Below are positions 63,233-64,000 of a DNA stretch of 64,000 nucleotides, one piece after another; the first letter of the stretch is position 1, and the number at the start of each line of letters is the position of its first letter. This DNA comes from Chiloscyllium plagiosum (lineage: Eukaryota). Both the position numbers and the translations under genes were made by a program. The notes under the pieces were generated by a model. The model made no database searches. It saw only the letters and a list, made by a program, of their open reading frames with translations, and was not told the origin of the DNA. The stretch spans positions 28,955,990-29,019,989 of the forward strand of contig NC_057734.1 in assembly GCF_004010195.1 (NCBI RefSeq), written 5' to 3'.

Positions 63233-63784
63233 TTAGCCAAAGTATAGCCAGAGTCCTGATTCAGGAGTTCCTGCTTCCAAACCCAGAATGTACAGCTTTC
63301 ATTGGGGTATCAATAGAGAAGACTGCACATGTCAAATTGCCTTCAAATAAATTTAAGTTAGCAGAATTTCTCAAACACAGCTTGTAGTCTTTAGACTTGA
63401 AGAAAACGTAAGGTACCCTTTGGGATGGATGATCATAAAAATTGGACAAGTTCTGTGGACTGTCAAGTGTTTGAGCCATTTAAATCTCCTACCCATTATA
63501 TTTCAAAAACTCAATTTAAAATAATTACTGGTTACAATTTAACATTGACTTATGCATGAGGTTTCTCATTGTAGGCTTAGTACTGCATGACTCATTCCAT
63601 AACCTATCATTATAGAAGTGGGGTGCCTATCAGTTCACAATTTGACCTGAGCCTGTGTTGGTCACAAGTGCTCGTGACTTGACATGCCACAGATGACCAT
63701 TCCATTTGGTTGAGCTGCCCTGCCATGCCTTAACTTATACTTTTACATTAGTTTCCTTACTATAACTTCAGTTACTTTAATTAA

Positions 63785-64000
63785 GGGTGGCACGGTGGCT
63801 CAGTGGTTAGCCCTGCTGCCTCACAGCACTAGGGTCCAGGTTCGATTCCAGCCTCAGGTGACCGTGTGGAGTTTTCACATTCTCCCCATGTCTGTGTGGG
63901 TTTCCTCCCAAAGTCCAAAAATGTGCAGGTCAAGTGAATTGCCTATAGTGTTAGGTGCATTATTCAGAGGAGGATGGGTTACTCTTTGGAGGTTCGGTGT
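63785..64000 (+). mobile_element. HE1 SINE, truncated by window edge
   Basis: gggtggcacggtggctcagtggttagc...ggttcgattcc. Confidence 0.9.

Noticed and set aside
5527-64000. tRNA genes at A/B-box motifs
   Set aside because: They are SINE heads, mostly followed by HE1 body and tail; no complete cloverleaf seen

Overview
Eukaryotic, repeat-dense, apparently intergenic or intronic DNA from a shark (inferred from HE1 SINE/HER1 LINE and Deu-domain SINE content; possibly a carpet/bamboo shark). I recognise no host protein-coding exon. The ORF track is explained by decayed retroelements (CR1/HER1, L1, Tx1, Gypsy gag-protease, Penelope GIY-YIG), a 950-N assembly gap (57119-58068) and noise. The most striking signal is a set of Penelope-like element (PLE) insertions from at least three families (A, B, C) that share one architecture: target-site duplication (11-17 bp) + inverted arms forming a hairpin, with a roughly 27-40 nt (mostly 34-40 nt) unpaired tail on only one arm. 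The arms carry minimal hammerhead ribozyme motifs (CUGANGA-stem-GAAA-NN-UH). One insertion (46892-47190) has, in place of its second arm, an inverted copy of unique-looking genomic DNA from about 0.9 kb upstream, all inside a perfect 15-bp TSD, which points to local template capture during PLE integration. All alignments and coordinates were read by eye; boundaries of old repeats are approximate.
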